Source: Hemiscyllium ocellatum (taxonomy: Eukaryota). Taken from it: DNA of 64,000 nt. The stretch lies in the NCBI RefSeq assembly GCF_020745735.1, contig NC_083402.1, positions 8,012,004 through 8,076,003 of the forward strand. Reading direction: 5' to 3'. How positions within the stretch are numbered: position 1 is the first letter of the stretch; every line of letters starts with the position of its first letter. A model generated the notes under the pieces. That model had not been told where the DNA came from and did no database searches. It worked only from the letters and a program-made list of their open reading frames with translations. This document shows, one piece after another, positions 24,960-36,851 of the stretch. A program made the position numbers and the translations under genes.

Positions 24960-26719
24960 CTCAATCAAGGGCCAACCAAGGATAGTAGTGGGAAGTTGTG
25001 TGTAGAGTCAGAGGAGACAGGGGAAGCACTAAATGAATATTTTTCAACAGTATTCACTCTAGAAAACGACAATGTTGTCAAGGAGAATACTGAGATACAG
25101 GCTACTAGACTAGGTGGGATTGAGGTTCACAAGGAAGAGGTATTAGAAACCCTGTAGAGTGTGATGGAATTTATCCTAGGCCGGATGGGATTTATCCTAG
25201 GATCCTCTTGAAAGCCAAGGAGGAGATTGCCGAGCCTTTGACATTGATCTTTAAATCGTCATTGTCTATAGGAATAGTGCCAGAAGACTGGACGATAGCA
25301 AATATGGTTCCTCTGTTCAAGAAGGGAAGTAGAGACAACCCTGGTAATTATAGACCAGTGAGCCTGACTTCAGTTGTTGGTAAAGTGTTGAAAAAGATTA
25401 TAAGAGGTAGGATTAATATCATCTAGAAAAAAATAATTTGATTAGGGATCGTCGGCATGGTTTTGTGAAGGGTAGGTCATGCCTCACAAACCTTACTGAG
25501 TTCTTTGAGAAGGTGACCAAACAGGTAGATGAGAGTAAACTGGTTGATGTGGTGAATATGGATTTGAGCAAAGCATTCGATAAGATTCACCACAGTAGGC
25601 TATTGTACAAAATACGGAGGAATGGGATTGTGGGAGATAAAGCTGTTTGGATCAGTAATGGGCTTGCTGAAAGAAGATAGAGGGTGGTGGTTGATGGGAA
25701 ATGTTCATCCTGGAGTCCAGATAATACTGATATACCGCAAGAGTCGGTGTTGGGTCCATTCTTGTTCGCCATTTTTACAAATGACCTGGATGAGGGCGTA
25801 GAAGGGTGGGTTAGTAAATTCACAGATGACACTAAGGTCGGTGGAGTTGTGGATAGTGACGAAGGATGTTGTAGATTACAGAAAGACATAGATAAGCTGC
25901 AGAGCTGGGCTGAGAGGTGGCAAATAGGATTTAATGCGGACAGATGTGAGGTGATTCACTTTGCCGGAGTAACCGGAATGCAAAGTACTGGGCTAATGGT
26001 AAGATTCTTGGCAGTGCAGATGAGCAGTGAGGTGTTGGTGTCCATGTACACAGATCCTTGAAAGTTGCCACCCAAGTTGACAGGGTTGTTAAGAAGGCAT
26101 ACAGTTTTAGCTTTTATGAATAGAGGGATCGAGTTCCGGAACTATGAGGTTATGCTACAGCTGTACAAAACTCTGGTGCAGCCGCACTTGGGGTATTGTG
26201 TACAATTCTGGTCACTACATTATAAGAAGGATGTGGAAGCTTTGGAAAGGGTGCAGAGGAGATTTACTAGGATGTTGTCTGGTATGGAGGGGAGGTCTTA
26301 CGAGGAAAGGCTGAGGGACTTGAGGCTGTTTTCGTTGGAGAGAAGAAGGTTGAGAGGTGACTTAATAGAGAAAAAAAAGATAATCAGAGGGTTAGATAGG
26401 GTGGACAGGGAGAGCCTTTTTCCAAGTATGGTGATGGCGAGCACGAGGGGGCATAGCTTTAAATTGAGGTGTGATAGATATAGGACAGATGTCAGAGGTA
26501 GTTTCTTTACTCAGAGAGTAGTAAGGGTATGGAATGCTTTGCCGGCAACTGTTGTAGATTCACCAACTTTAAGTGCATTTAAGTCATCATTGGACAAACC
26601 TATGGAGGTACATGGAATAGTGTAGGTTAGATGGGCTTCAGATTGGCATGACTGGTCGGTGCAATATCGAGGGCTGAAGGACCTGTACTGTGCTGTAATG
26701 TTCTATGTTCTATGTTCTA
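24960..26719 (+). mobile_element. 5'-truncated CR1 inserted inside the VA1 exon (antisense to the gene)
   Basis: RT remnants (SKFTDDTK, FTQRVVRVWNALP), (TTCTATG)n tail at 26700-26718; VA exon sequence flanks both sides. Confidence 0.9.
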
Positions 26720-26736
26720 AACCTTAGCAGAAACCG
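26720..26736 (-). pseudogene. Detached 5' stub of the VA1 exon with its original splice acceptor
   Basis: cagtctttcccctcacag|CG GTT TCT GCT AAG GTT abuts the LINE (TTCTATG)n tail. It matches the VA2 acceptor region (catatcctctctct...cctcacag|CT TTG TCT GCT). Confidence 0.75.
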
Positions 26737-27055
26737 CTGTGAGGGGAAAGACTGGGAGAGAGAGGATATGAACACAGCACTGGGACAGATATCAGTGTGT
26801 GGATCTGAAACTTGGAGACTCTATTCTGAGTGTGTTATTTAGTGAGAACAGGTTTCACAGCTATAATGAGAGGTAGTGAACAAATAGTAATGTAAATTCA
26901 TGAGCAATCCAATACACTGGGGACAGAGTTTCAGTTCCCACCATGGCAGCTGCTGGAAATTCAATTCAGTTATTACATCAGGAATTAAACACCAGTCTAA
27001 TGGGAACCATGAAACCATGATCAATTGTTGGAAAAAATCCATCTGGTTCACTGAT

Positions 27056-28560
27056 GTTCAGACACCACACTCTGCATGAAAATGGTGTCCCTTCGGTCCC
27101 TTTTAAATCTTGCCCCTCCCACCTTAAACCTGTGCCCTCTAGTTTTGGACGCCCGTACCCTGGAGAAAAGACCTTGACTATTTATCATGTCTGAATCCAT
27201 GATTTTATAAATATCTATAAGGTCACCCTTCAGCCACCAACACTCCAGGGAATCTTGCCCCAGCTTATTCAGCTTTGTCCACAACTCAAGCACTCCAGCC
27301 CTGGTATCATTCTCCCCAATCTTTTCTGAATCCTTTTGAGTTTCTCAGCATCTTTCGTACAGCAGGGAGGCCAGAAATGAATGCAGTATTCCAAAAGTGG
27401 TCCAACCAGCATCCTGTACAGCCATGATAAGATCTCCTAATTCCTGCATTGATCAATAAAGGTGAGTTTACCAAATGCTTCCTTCATTAACCAGTCTACC
27501 CTTTGACTCCACTTTCAAAGAACAATGAACCTGCACATCAAGGTCTCTTTGTTTGGTAACACTCCCCAGTACCTTACCAGGAAGTGTATAAGTCCTGCCC
27601 TGATTTGCCTTACCAAAATGCAACACCTCAAATTTATCTAAGTTAAACTCCATCTGCCACTCCTCAGCCCATTGGCCCATCTGATCAAAGTCCCGTTGTC
27701 CTCTGTGATAACCTTCTTTGCTGTTCACTGCACCTCCAATTTTGGTGTCATCTGGAAACTTACTGACCATTTCTCTGATTTTCATATCCGAGCCATTTAT
27801 ATAAATGACAAGAAGCAGTGGATCCAGCACTGATCCTTGCAGCACACCGCTGGGTACAGGCCTCCAGTTTAAAACGCAATCCTGCACCACCACACTCTGC
27901 ACCACACATCTTCAAGCCAGTTATGTATCTAAATGGCTAGTTCCTCCTGTATTCCATGTGATCTAACCTTGTTAACCAGTCTATCATGCAGAACCTTGTC
28001 AAATACCTTGCTGAAGTCCAGTTAGGCCATGTCCACCACTCTCCATTCATCAATCATCTTCATCACTTGGGCGGCATGGTGGCACAGTGGTTAGCACTGT
28101 TGCCTCACAGCGCCTGAGACCCGGGTTCAGTTCCCGACTCAGGCGACTGACTGTGTGGAGTTTGCACGTTCTCCCTGTGTCTGCGTGGGTTTCCTCCGGG
28201 TGCTCCGGTTTCCTCCAACAGTCCAAAGATGTGCGGGTCAGGTGAATTGGCCATGCTAAATTGCCCGTAGTGTTAGGTAAGGGGTAAATGTAGGGGTATG
28301 GGTGGGTTGCGCTTCGGCGGGTCGGTGTGGACTTGTTGGGCTGAAGGGCCTGTTTCCACACTGTAAGTAATCTAATCTAATCACACTCCTTCATGAAACC
28401 CAATGAGTCATGTTATGTCTGAACATGTCCTACTGCTCTACACATTGTCAGCAGCTACACAAATGTACAAGAATCCCAATAGGATCACCCTTACACCCAA
28501 AGTGCCTGACAGACTGTTACTCAGGACAGACGTGAGCCACACCAGGATTCTTCAGTAACA
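27056..28560 (-). mobile_element. Decayed CR1 RT fragment
   Basis: NWRPVPSGVLQGSVLDP, SKFPDDTK, QMEFNLDKFEVLHF on the minus strand. Confidence 0.85.
28069..28383 (+). mobile_element. Young HE1-like V-SINE, present only in duplication copy A
   Basis: Full head-to-(TAATC)n copy; copy B reads uninterrupted catcttcatcactccttc at ~55971-55988. Confidence 0.9.
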
Positions 28561-28658
28561 GTTAAATAATTCCATTAATTATTAATTCCAGTAATAAGAG
28601 CAGTGAAAGAAATTGATACCTAATTAATGCTCCTAAACAGCATCCCTTCAAAGCCACA

Positions 28659-28659
28659 G

Positions 28660-28685
<26 letters not shown>
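28659..28685. repeat. (CA)n microsatellite, shorter in copy B (~56249-56261)
   Basis: Direct reading. Confidence 0.9.
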
Positions 28686-28690
<5 letters not shown>

Positions 28691-28726
28691 AAAGACAGAG
28701 AAAAGATAGATGATTTATATTTCTAC

Positions 28727-28817
28727 CATGAGTGACAAAAGAATGTAGACAGGGTAACAGGGTAAACAAAACTCTGAAAATAAAAGTCCTGACTACATGA
28801 CTTTTTGTGGGTGGCAT
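28727..28817 (-). CDS. Candidate leader (signal peptide) exon, copy upstream of VA1
   Basis: MPPTKSHVVRTFIFRVLFTLLPCLHSFVTH followed by G|gtagaa (phase 1, matching V exons); hydrophobic core; unique island ~2 kb upstream of the VA1 acceptor. The donor is only moderate. Confidence 0.35.
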
Positions 28818-29076
28818 GGTGGCACAGTGGTTAGCACTGCTGCCTCACAGCGTCAGAGACCCAGGTTCAATTCCCACCTCAGACGACTGACTGTGTGGAG
28901 TTTGCACATTCTCCCCGTGTCTGCGTGGGTTTGCTCCGGTTTCCTCCTACAGTCCAAAGATGTGCAGGTCAGGTGAATTGGCCATGCTAAATTGTCCGTA
29001 GTGTTTGGTAAGCGGTAAATGTAGGGGTTGGCGGGTCGGTGTGGACTTGTTGGGCCAAAGGGCCTGTTTCCACCCT
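28809..29076 (+). mobile_element. HE1-like V-SINE
   Basis: A/B boxes, V-domain, gggcctgtttcc tail; counterpart at 56388-56678. Confidence 0.88.
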
Positions 29077-29399
29077 GCGGATTCTTAAAAGATTACTTTT
29101 TTTTAAGTAATCTTAAAAAAAAGATGGAACGATCATTCTCTCTCACAGTCCTTGTGTTTTTTTAGCAGGAATGAGATGCTGTGTTCTGGACAGTGATAGT
29201 TATGCTTCAAATTCAACGGCCATTCAGGTGAACTTAGAACTTTTCACATGTGACTTCTTTCTTTCCAGATAACTTGTATTTTCTCTGCTTTTCTCTGCAG
29301 TGATGAGGGAGAGGCAGAGCTGGCTGCTTTCTCTCTGTAGGCTCTAGTTACTTTAAGCTTTCAGACACTCCAGGAACGTATAGCTTTGTAACAGCTGCA

Positions 29400-30400
29400 G
29401 TTCAACCAATCAGACAGCAGTTGCTAAGCAGAACTTTCTGATCTCGAAACATTATCATGAGGTCCGATGGCATCAGGTCAAACATGAGCAAGGGAATCTC
29501 TGGATGACTACACACTGTCACAATCCCCCCACTCCCAGGCTTCTGATCATGTTTATCACCACTTGGAGGAAGCACTGAGGTCAAGACTGGCACAGAATGT
29601 ACTCTGGGTGGGAGACGTCACTGTCCAACACCAAGACAGACTCAGCAGCTTTACTACTGCCTGAGCTGGTGGAATCTGAAATGACATAGCTCTTGGACTG
29701 GGTCTGTGGCGGGTGGTGAGGGAACCAACAAGAGAGAAAAGCTTGACCTTGTCCTCAGCCGTCTATCTGCCTATTATAGGATTGGGAGGAGTAACTATCA
29801 CACAGTCCCGTGGAGACAAAGTCCCATCTTCACATTGAGGTACATCCCCATCATGTATGGCACTAGGCCTGAGTTAAATGGGACAGTCTTTGAACAGATC
29901 GAGCAAGTCAAGACTGGGATCCCTGAGACACTGTGGACCATCAGTACAGCAGAAGTGAGCTGTAACACAATCTGTAAGCTCATGGCATGTAATTCTCCCC
30001 CACTAAGCCATTAACATCAAGTCAGGACATCAATTCCGGTTCAATGAACAATGCAGGAGGTGATGCCAGGAACATCACCAGCAAACCTGAAAATGAGATG
30101 TCAGCTATAAAACTACTTCTGTGTCAAACAGCATAAACCACAATTGATGCTCTGGGGGAAGTGATTCCACTGTCAGTGCATCAGATATAAGCTCAGCAGA
30201 CCTGTCACATGCAGTTATGAATGGGTGAGGACAATTAAGCAACTAATAGGAATATGAGTCTCCACAAATATCCCCATCCTCAATGAGGGGGAGCCCTGCT
30301 CATCAGTGCAAATAATAGGGCTGTGGCATTCACACCACCTTGACTCAGAAGATGTCCCCAGCATCATAGATGATTCCTTACCCAGCCGGCAAATATAATA
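29400..30400 (+). mobile_element. Decayed LINE fragment of a different (CR1/L2-clade) family, endonuclease region
   Basis: VREPTREKxLDLVLS-type motif, IGRSNYHTV; counterpart at ~56960-57950. Confidence 0.6.
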
Positions 30401-31149
30401 CAGTGGGTTAGCATTCACGTGTAGATGGGGCTAGGGACAGAAATCATGGGACCTACTGCTGTTCCTCACACAGCCCCTGGCCCAACCTCCAGGACCCACA
30501 CTTGCTTCCACTGACCTGACACAGTGAACACCCTTCTTCAATCCTGATGTACTGTCCACCCCTGTCCTGGAGAGACCTGACCAAGTAAGGATGGCAGAGA
30601 CAAAAACAGAAATTGTGGGAAAAACTCAGCAGGTATGGTGACATCTGTGGAGAGAAAGTAGAGTTAATGTTTTGGGTCCAGTGACACTTCTTCAGAAATA
30701 AAATGATCAAAAACAGTGGACTGAGAGGAGTGTGGGTCTTGCAGCTGCTCCTGAGATTCAGATTTATTTTCAAATTTACTTCCAGCTTTCTTACATTTAT
30801 TACATTTCAGTCAGAAAAGCTTTTTGTTTGATTCACTTTTAGTTATTTTATATTCAAAAACACAAAAGAAATTCCCAAAATGGACAGGCACAATTTTTTT
30901 TATCAAACAGAATCCTATCAATGGACTTTTTGGATAGGCCCACATGTGGGCTGTGGGAAGTTTTGCTGATGGAAAATAATAATTGCTGAGGGAAGTTTTG
31001 TTTCAAACCAAGTTGTGTTCACAGAGCTCTTGGACAGATTAACGCGTGGTTGGCTCTGGAGCGGGATTTTATTTTTAATCAGAACATTGATAGCTGTCTG
31101 CTGAACACTTGTGCTTAATATTAGCTCTTTGGATAAAGAAATGTGGTTT

Positions 31150-33718
31150 ATTTTAGAGTTAAAATGTCAGTGTAAGTTGCTTCTTTGTTGACTTAATGAC
31201 ATTGCGGACATACAAGAGACGCAGAGTTAGATGGCCAGTAGATTTCGAGAGGTGATAACACAGCAGGATCAGTCAGATAGATGGATGACTGTCAGGAAAG
31301 GTAAGAAGGTAGTTCAGAAATCTCTCGTACTGTTGAAAGGATAATCTCTCAGAGGAAATTAGAAGGGACAGTCAGATCTTGGGCGCTAAAAATGAACCTT
31401 ATGTTCAAAGGGGTTTGACAAAATTTAAAAGAATAATTGTTTTACATGATTCTCCTGTCAAGGGCACAGACAGGAGGTTCTGCAGCAGTGAGCATGGATC
31501 TAGGATATAATACTGTTTTCTTGGTGCTAGGATTACGGACATTGCAAAATGTTTGAAGCATACTGTTAAAGGGAATAATGAGAACCCAGATGTTTTTGTA
31601 CACATTGATGGGAATGACATTGTTAGGGAAAGGATTCAGGCTTCACAAAGTAATATCAAAGGTTAGGTCGAAGATTAAAAAACAGACCCACAAAAGCAGT
31701 AATTTCTGGTTTACTCCCAAAGCCAAGCTCAGATGAGGGAACAAAAGGATAAAGGAGACAAATCAATGGCTGAAGAGGGATTCAGATTCTTGGATCACTG
31801 CGACCTCTTCTGAGACAGAAAAGACCGTTCACAAAGGGCGGTTTCAACTGTACTGCTTTCGGGAACAATGTGTGAACAAAGAGATTGAGGTTCCAGTCAG
31901 GGATAGGAGAGAATCATACACTAAATATAAACAACTGGATCCAAATGGATCTCTTGCACCATATAATGAGTGTCGGGGCATTCATACGAGGGCGATCAGG
32001 AAGTCAAAGAAAGGACATGAGATAGCCTCAACAAGTAAGGTTAAGGATAATCCAAAGGGATTCTATAAATACATTAAGACCAAGACAGCAACAAGAGACA
32101 GAGTACAGGGCAAAGAGATTGCCTTTGTGTTCGACCTCAGGAGATAGGAGAGATCTTAAGTGAATATTTTGTGTCAGTTTTTACTGTGGAGAGAGAAGTG
32201 GAAGCGAGAGAACACTGAGAAATAAATATTGATGTTTTGAAAACAGTTTGCATTACAGAAGAGGAAGGGCTGGAGGTCTTTGAAAATATAAATCTCTGAG
32301 CCCTGATTTCATGAATCCCAGGACTTTGTCACAGGTTAAGAGGAAATCGCTGGGCACCTTGCAGAAACATTTGTATCATCTATAAATACGAGTGAGACGC
32401 TGAGTGAATGGAGAGTGACTAATGTTCAAGAAGGGATGTCAGGAGAAGCCTGGGAACTTCAGACTTGTGAGTCTGACTTCAGTGGTGGATAAGTTGTTGA
32501 AAATAATTCTGAAATTTGGGATTTATATGCATTTGGAGAGGCAAGGAATGATTAGGGATAGTCAACACGGGAGACTGATGAACAAGATTAGATCTCATGG
32601 AATACAGGGAGAACCAGTTATTTGGATACAGAAATGGCTCAAAGGTAGAAAACAGTGGGTGGTGATGGAGGGTTGTTTTTCAGACTGGAGGCATGTGACC
32701 AGTGGAGTGCCACAAGGATTAGTGCTGGGTCCACTACTTTTTGTCATATACATAAATGATTTGGATGCGAGCATAAGAGGTACAGTTAGTAAGTTTTCAG
32801 ATGACACCAAAAGTGAAGGTGTAGTGGACAGCAAAGAGGGTTACCTCAGATTACAACAGGATCTTGATCAGTTGGGGCAATGGGCTGAGAAGTGACAGAT
32901 GGAGTTTAATTCAGATACATGCAAGGTGCTGCATTTTGGGAAAGCAAATCTTAACAGGACTTATACACGTAATGGTAAGGTCCTAGGGAGTGTCGCTGAA
33001 CAAAGAGACCTTGGAGTGCAGGTTCATAGCTCCTTGAAAGTGGAGTCGCAGTTAGATAGGATAGTGAAGTAGGCATTTGATATGCTTTCCTTTATTGGTC
33101 AGAGTATTGAGTACATGAGCCGGGGGCGTCATGTTGCAGCTGTACAGGACATTGGTTAGGCCACTGTTGGAAGATTGTGTGCAATTCTGGTCTCCTTCCT
33201 ACTGGAAAGATGTTGTGAAACTTGAAAGGGTACAGAAAGGATTTACAAGGATGTTGCCAGGATTGGATGATTTGAGCTTCAGGGGGAGGCTGAACAGACT
33301 GGGGCTATTTTCCCTGTTGCATCAGAGGCTGAGGGGTGCCCTTACAGAGGTTTACAAAATTATGAGGGGTATGGATAGGATAAATAGGCAAAGTCTTTTC
33401 CCTGGGGTTGGGGAGTCCAGAACTAGAGGGCATAGGTTTAGGGTGAGGGGGAAAGATATAAAGCAGATCTAAGGAGCAAAGTTTTCGCAGAGAGAGTGGT
33501 ACATGTATGGAATGAGCTGCTGGAGGAAGTTGTGGAGGCTGGTACAATTGCAACATTTAAGAGCATTTGGATGGGTATAAGAATAGGAAGGGTTTGGCGG
33601 GATAGGGGCCCGGTGCTGGCAGGTGGGACTCGAGTGGGTTGGGATATCTGGTCAGCATGGATGGGTTGGGCTGAACGGTCTGTTTCCATGCTGTACATCT
33701 CTATGGCACTATGACTCT
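31150..33718 (+). mobile_element. Decayed CR1 with internal deletions (esterase and RT remnants)
   Basis: DSPVKGTDRRFC/VHIDGNDI esterase relic, KDNPKGFYKYIK, SKFSDDTK, 3' ctctatg tail; counterpart ~58700-61262. Confidence 0.85.
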
Positions 33719-34935
33719 AGTGATAGTCAGCATGGTTTTGTGCAAGGGATATTGTGTCTCACAAACTTGATTGAGTTTTTTGAAGAGGTAAACAAGAAAA
33801 TTGTTGAGGGCAGAGGGGTTAACATTGTTTACTTAGACTTTGGTAAATCCTTTGACAAAGTTCCGCATGGTAGACTAATTAGTGAAGTTAGATCCCATGG
33901 GATTCCGGGTGAGCTTGGCAAGTGGATGCACAATTGGCTGAAAGGCAGAAGACAGAGAGTGACGGTGGAGGAAGGGTTTTGTTCTGGAGGCCTGTGACCA
34001 GCAGGGTTCCACGGGGATCAGGGCTGGGCCCACTTTTGTCAGTCATTTATTTTAAAAATTGAGGTAAGAACACAGAAAGAATGTTTTGCAAGTTTGCGGT
34101 TGATACCAACATTGATGGTACATTGAACAATGAAAGAAGGTTATCTTAGAATACAAAGAGATCATAATCAAATGGGTTAATGGGCTGAAGAGTGACAGAT
34201 GGAGTTTAAGATAAGTGTGAGGTATTGCACTTTGGGAAAACAAACAAAGGCAAGACTTACACAATTAAAAGTAGGGCCTTGGGTAGTGCTGTAGAACAGA
34301 GACCTCGGGATTCAGGTACAGAATTCTTCCAAGTTTGCATCATCTATATATACGGTGGTTCAGCACACTTGCCTTCATTGCTCTGACTTTTGATAATCGG
34401 AGTTGGGATATTATGTTCAGGTTAGACAGGATGCTGGTGAGGCCTCTATTGTGTCCAGTTCTGGTCACCCTGTTATTGCAAGGATAACATTTAGCTGGAG
34501 AGGTTTCAGAAGAGATTTACCAGGATGTTGCCGATAAAGTAGGCCTTGAGTTACCGGAAGAGGCTGGAGCGACTGGGACATTTCTCACTGGAGTGTACAA
34601 GGTTGAGAGGTGACCTTATCAAGATCGATGAAAGCCTGAGGAATTTAGATCAAGTGAATGGCAGGTGTCTTTTTGCTCAGGTGGGAGATTTCAAGACTGG
34701 GGGCATATCTTTAAGGTGAGAGGAGAAAGATTTTAAAAAGACATAAGGGGCAGTTTTTATTTTACACAGAGAGTGGTTCATGTGGAATGAGCTTCCAGAG
34801 GAAATGGTGGATGTGGGTAAAGTTACAATGCTTAAAAGACATTTAGATAATTTCATGAATAAGAAATATTTTGAGGGATATGGGCCAAGCGCAGGCAAGT
34901 GGGATTGTGTTCAGTGTGGACTAGTTGAACTGAAG
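33719..34935 (+). mobile_element. Second decayed CR1 RT fragment
   Basis: SQHGFVQG..CLTNLIEFFEEV, YLDFGKSFDKVPHGRLI; counterpart ~61263-62480. Confidence 0.85.
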
Positions 34936-34959
34936 GCTCTGCTCCTGTGCTGTTTGACT

Positions 34960-35420
34960 CTATAACTGATTATAGCTGGGGAAAGATTGGTATAGATGCT
35001 GAAGATGGGGAGGGGGGTGAGGGGGCAGGAGTAAACACTCAGTGGAAATGGAGCCCAGAGAGAGAGAAAAGCAATTGGACAGACAAAGAAAAGGGGAAAG
35101 GTCGGCCTGGGAGAATGAACAGCTGCTAATGGGGACCATTCGTCACTAACAATGGATTGTTTTGGTAGTAGCTCATGTCATGACAAGGCCTGGTGTGTGG
35201 GGGTTGGGGGAAGGAGATAGGAGAAGGTGCTGAGGCCCTAAAATTATTGACCCCAATATTGAGTCCAGAACGTCACTGGGTCCCCAAAAGCTGGTGTGTC
35301 GATCTGGCAGGCAACTGATGCTCAGCATCATTTTTGTGGACGAACATTTCGGTTCTGCAAAGTGGTCACCCAGTCTGTGTTTTGTTTTCTCAAGGCGCAG
35401 GTAGAAGTGGACTGTGCAGA
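34960..35420 (-). mobile_element. Penelope-like 3' (GIY-YIG region) fragment
   Basis: Minus strand resembles HRLGDHFAEH and the pyrimidine-rich 3' region seen in other PLE copies; counterpart ~62500-62960. Confidence 0.5.
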
Positions 35421-35589
35421 GTTGGTGAATTATGAGCAGCCCTAAGCCTGTGTGAGGTGGTGCTGATGGAGAGAGAGGTCTCAATATTGTGCATATGGCA
35501 ACACATGACACTGAGTGTGAATGGCAGATTTCATTCTCTAAATCAAGTCGCCATATTCCGACCAGACCATGAGCTGCTTTCTCTTGAGA

Positions 35590-35765
35590 GAGAGAGAGTG
35601 AGAGAGAACTGGTGGTGGTTTAACCTGAGGGCCACCACACCTCAGTGAGGAGAGAGTTGAGAAGGAGGGTCCTTCATGGTCACCTGAGCCAATGCAGGGA
35701 TTGAACCCACACTGTTGGCATCACACTGCTTTGCAAACCAACCATCCAGCTAACTGAACCAAACT
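35590..35765 (-). mobile_element. Short tRNA-type SINE of another family
   Basis: ttaacctgagggccaccacacctc...gggattgaacccacactgttggc...ccagctaactga; similar copies at ~43040-43200 and ~63170-63325. Confidence 0.6.
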
Positions 35766-36503
35766 CCAGATTCCCTGAAGTGTACAACGGAATCAGATCA
35801 GAATTTCCAAATCTCAGCCATTAGGTTAGACTTTCCTTCAAATTCCAGATTTTAAAAAAATTTAATCACATTTCACCTTCTGCTGTGATGGGATTTGAAC
35901 CCATAGCCACAGACTTGCGTGTCTGGATTGGTCGTCCAGTGACAGTAACAGTATACCACCACCTTCCTTTATAACCCATGTGTGAATGCAGGGCGCGGAT
36001 AAGTCCCACATGGCTGTGATGCCTCACACAGTCAGATGGACACTGGGAATGTAGTTGCACTAATGGAACTATTCCTGATGAAGATTGTAACCTAGAGGGA
36101 CACATCAGACTGTTGCACCTTCCTGTTCGAGGAGATGATCTCAATGTCAGTATAACTTTGGGACATTTGGAGATATAACTGAATATTCTGAGTCTGTCAA
36201 TGTCTTTCAATACTGACATCAGAATGCACCTAAAAATAGCAGCACAACATAGTACATTAAATATGGACTAAAATTAAATTTGAAACCCAAAGCTAAAACT
36301 CTACAGATGGTGGAAATTTTAAATAAACATCAAAATGCTGCAAATACTCAGCAGGGCAGAGAGTACCTGTGGAAAGAAACAGGGTTAATGTTTTAGTTCC
36401 ATGTCCTTTCACCAGAAAATCAAATCACAAAACATTCACAGAATCTGTTCCACTCTCACTGTGCACCTTCTACAGGCTGAAGAATGTGGGAACGGTTTCT
36501 TAC

Positions 36504-36851
36504 CATGTACCTGCAGCCGAGTCTCTTTCTGGATCAGATACAAAAGATTGTGTTCTGACCTGTATTCCACCAGACACAGGTAAGTGTGATTGTCCCTCAC
36601 ACTCAGCTGGTTTATCCTGGTCGAGGCGTTTCCCTCCTCTGGGTTCCCGATGAGCTCGTACCGATTTCCACCGTGTCCAGTTGTCCAATTTCCCTGTGAT
36701 TGGGCTGTAAATGTAACAATGTGTTGGTAGGGCTCCTTCCTCATCCAGGTAACAGTGGTCAGGGTGTGGGAGTCCCAGCGACTGAAGATACAGGGTAAAG
36801 TAACTGAATCTCCCTCTGTCCCACTCACCACTGAGACATTTCCCTGAGCAG
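36504..36851 (-). CDS. Intact second Ig V-set exon (VB2)
   Basis: Acceptor tttgtcctttcctcag|CT, donor CAT G|gtaaga; 348 nt, phase 1/1, 115 full codons, no stop: AQGNVSVVSGTEGDSVTLPCIF...VTW...RYELIGNPEEGNASTRINQLSVRDNHTYLCLVE...ETRLQVH. Confidence 0.9.

Larger units (their letters stand above)
27284..36435. repeat. Segmental duplication, copy A
   Basis: Colinear with 55198-64000: same order of CR1(-), CA-repeat island, SINE, L2-like fragment, two CR1(+), Penelope fragment and VB 3' intron; identical LINE-LINE junction ctatgactctagtgatagtcagc. Confidence 0.95.

Noticed and set aside
30490-30565. Exon-like cag|...CAG|gtcagt segment (DRGGQYIRIEEGCSLCQ), also near 58060-58125
   Set aside because: Phase 0/0 does not fit the phase-1 Ig exons, it is not hydrophobic, and its conservation is explained by the segmental duplication.
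36425-36463. RSS-like CACAGTG + 23 nt + GTTTTGTGA on the minus strand after VB2, suggesting a rearranging V segment
   Set aside because: The nonamer-like word is in the wrong orientation for that heptamer, the heptamer is ~40 nt inside the intron rather than at the coding end, and the V exon already includes its G strand and a splice donor.
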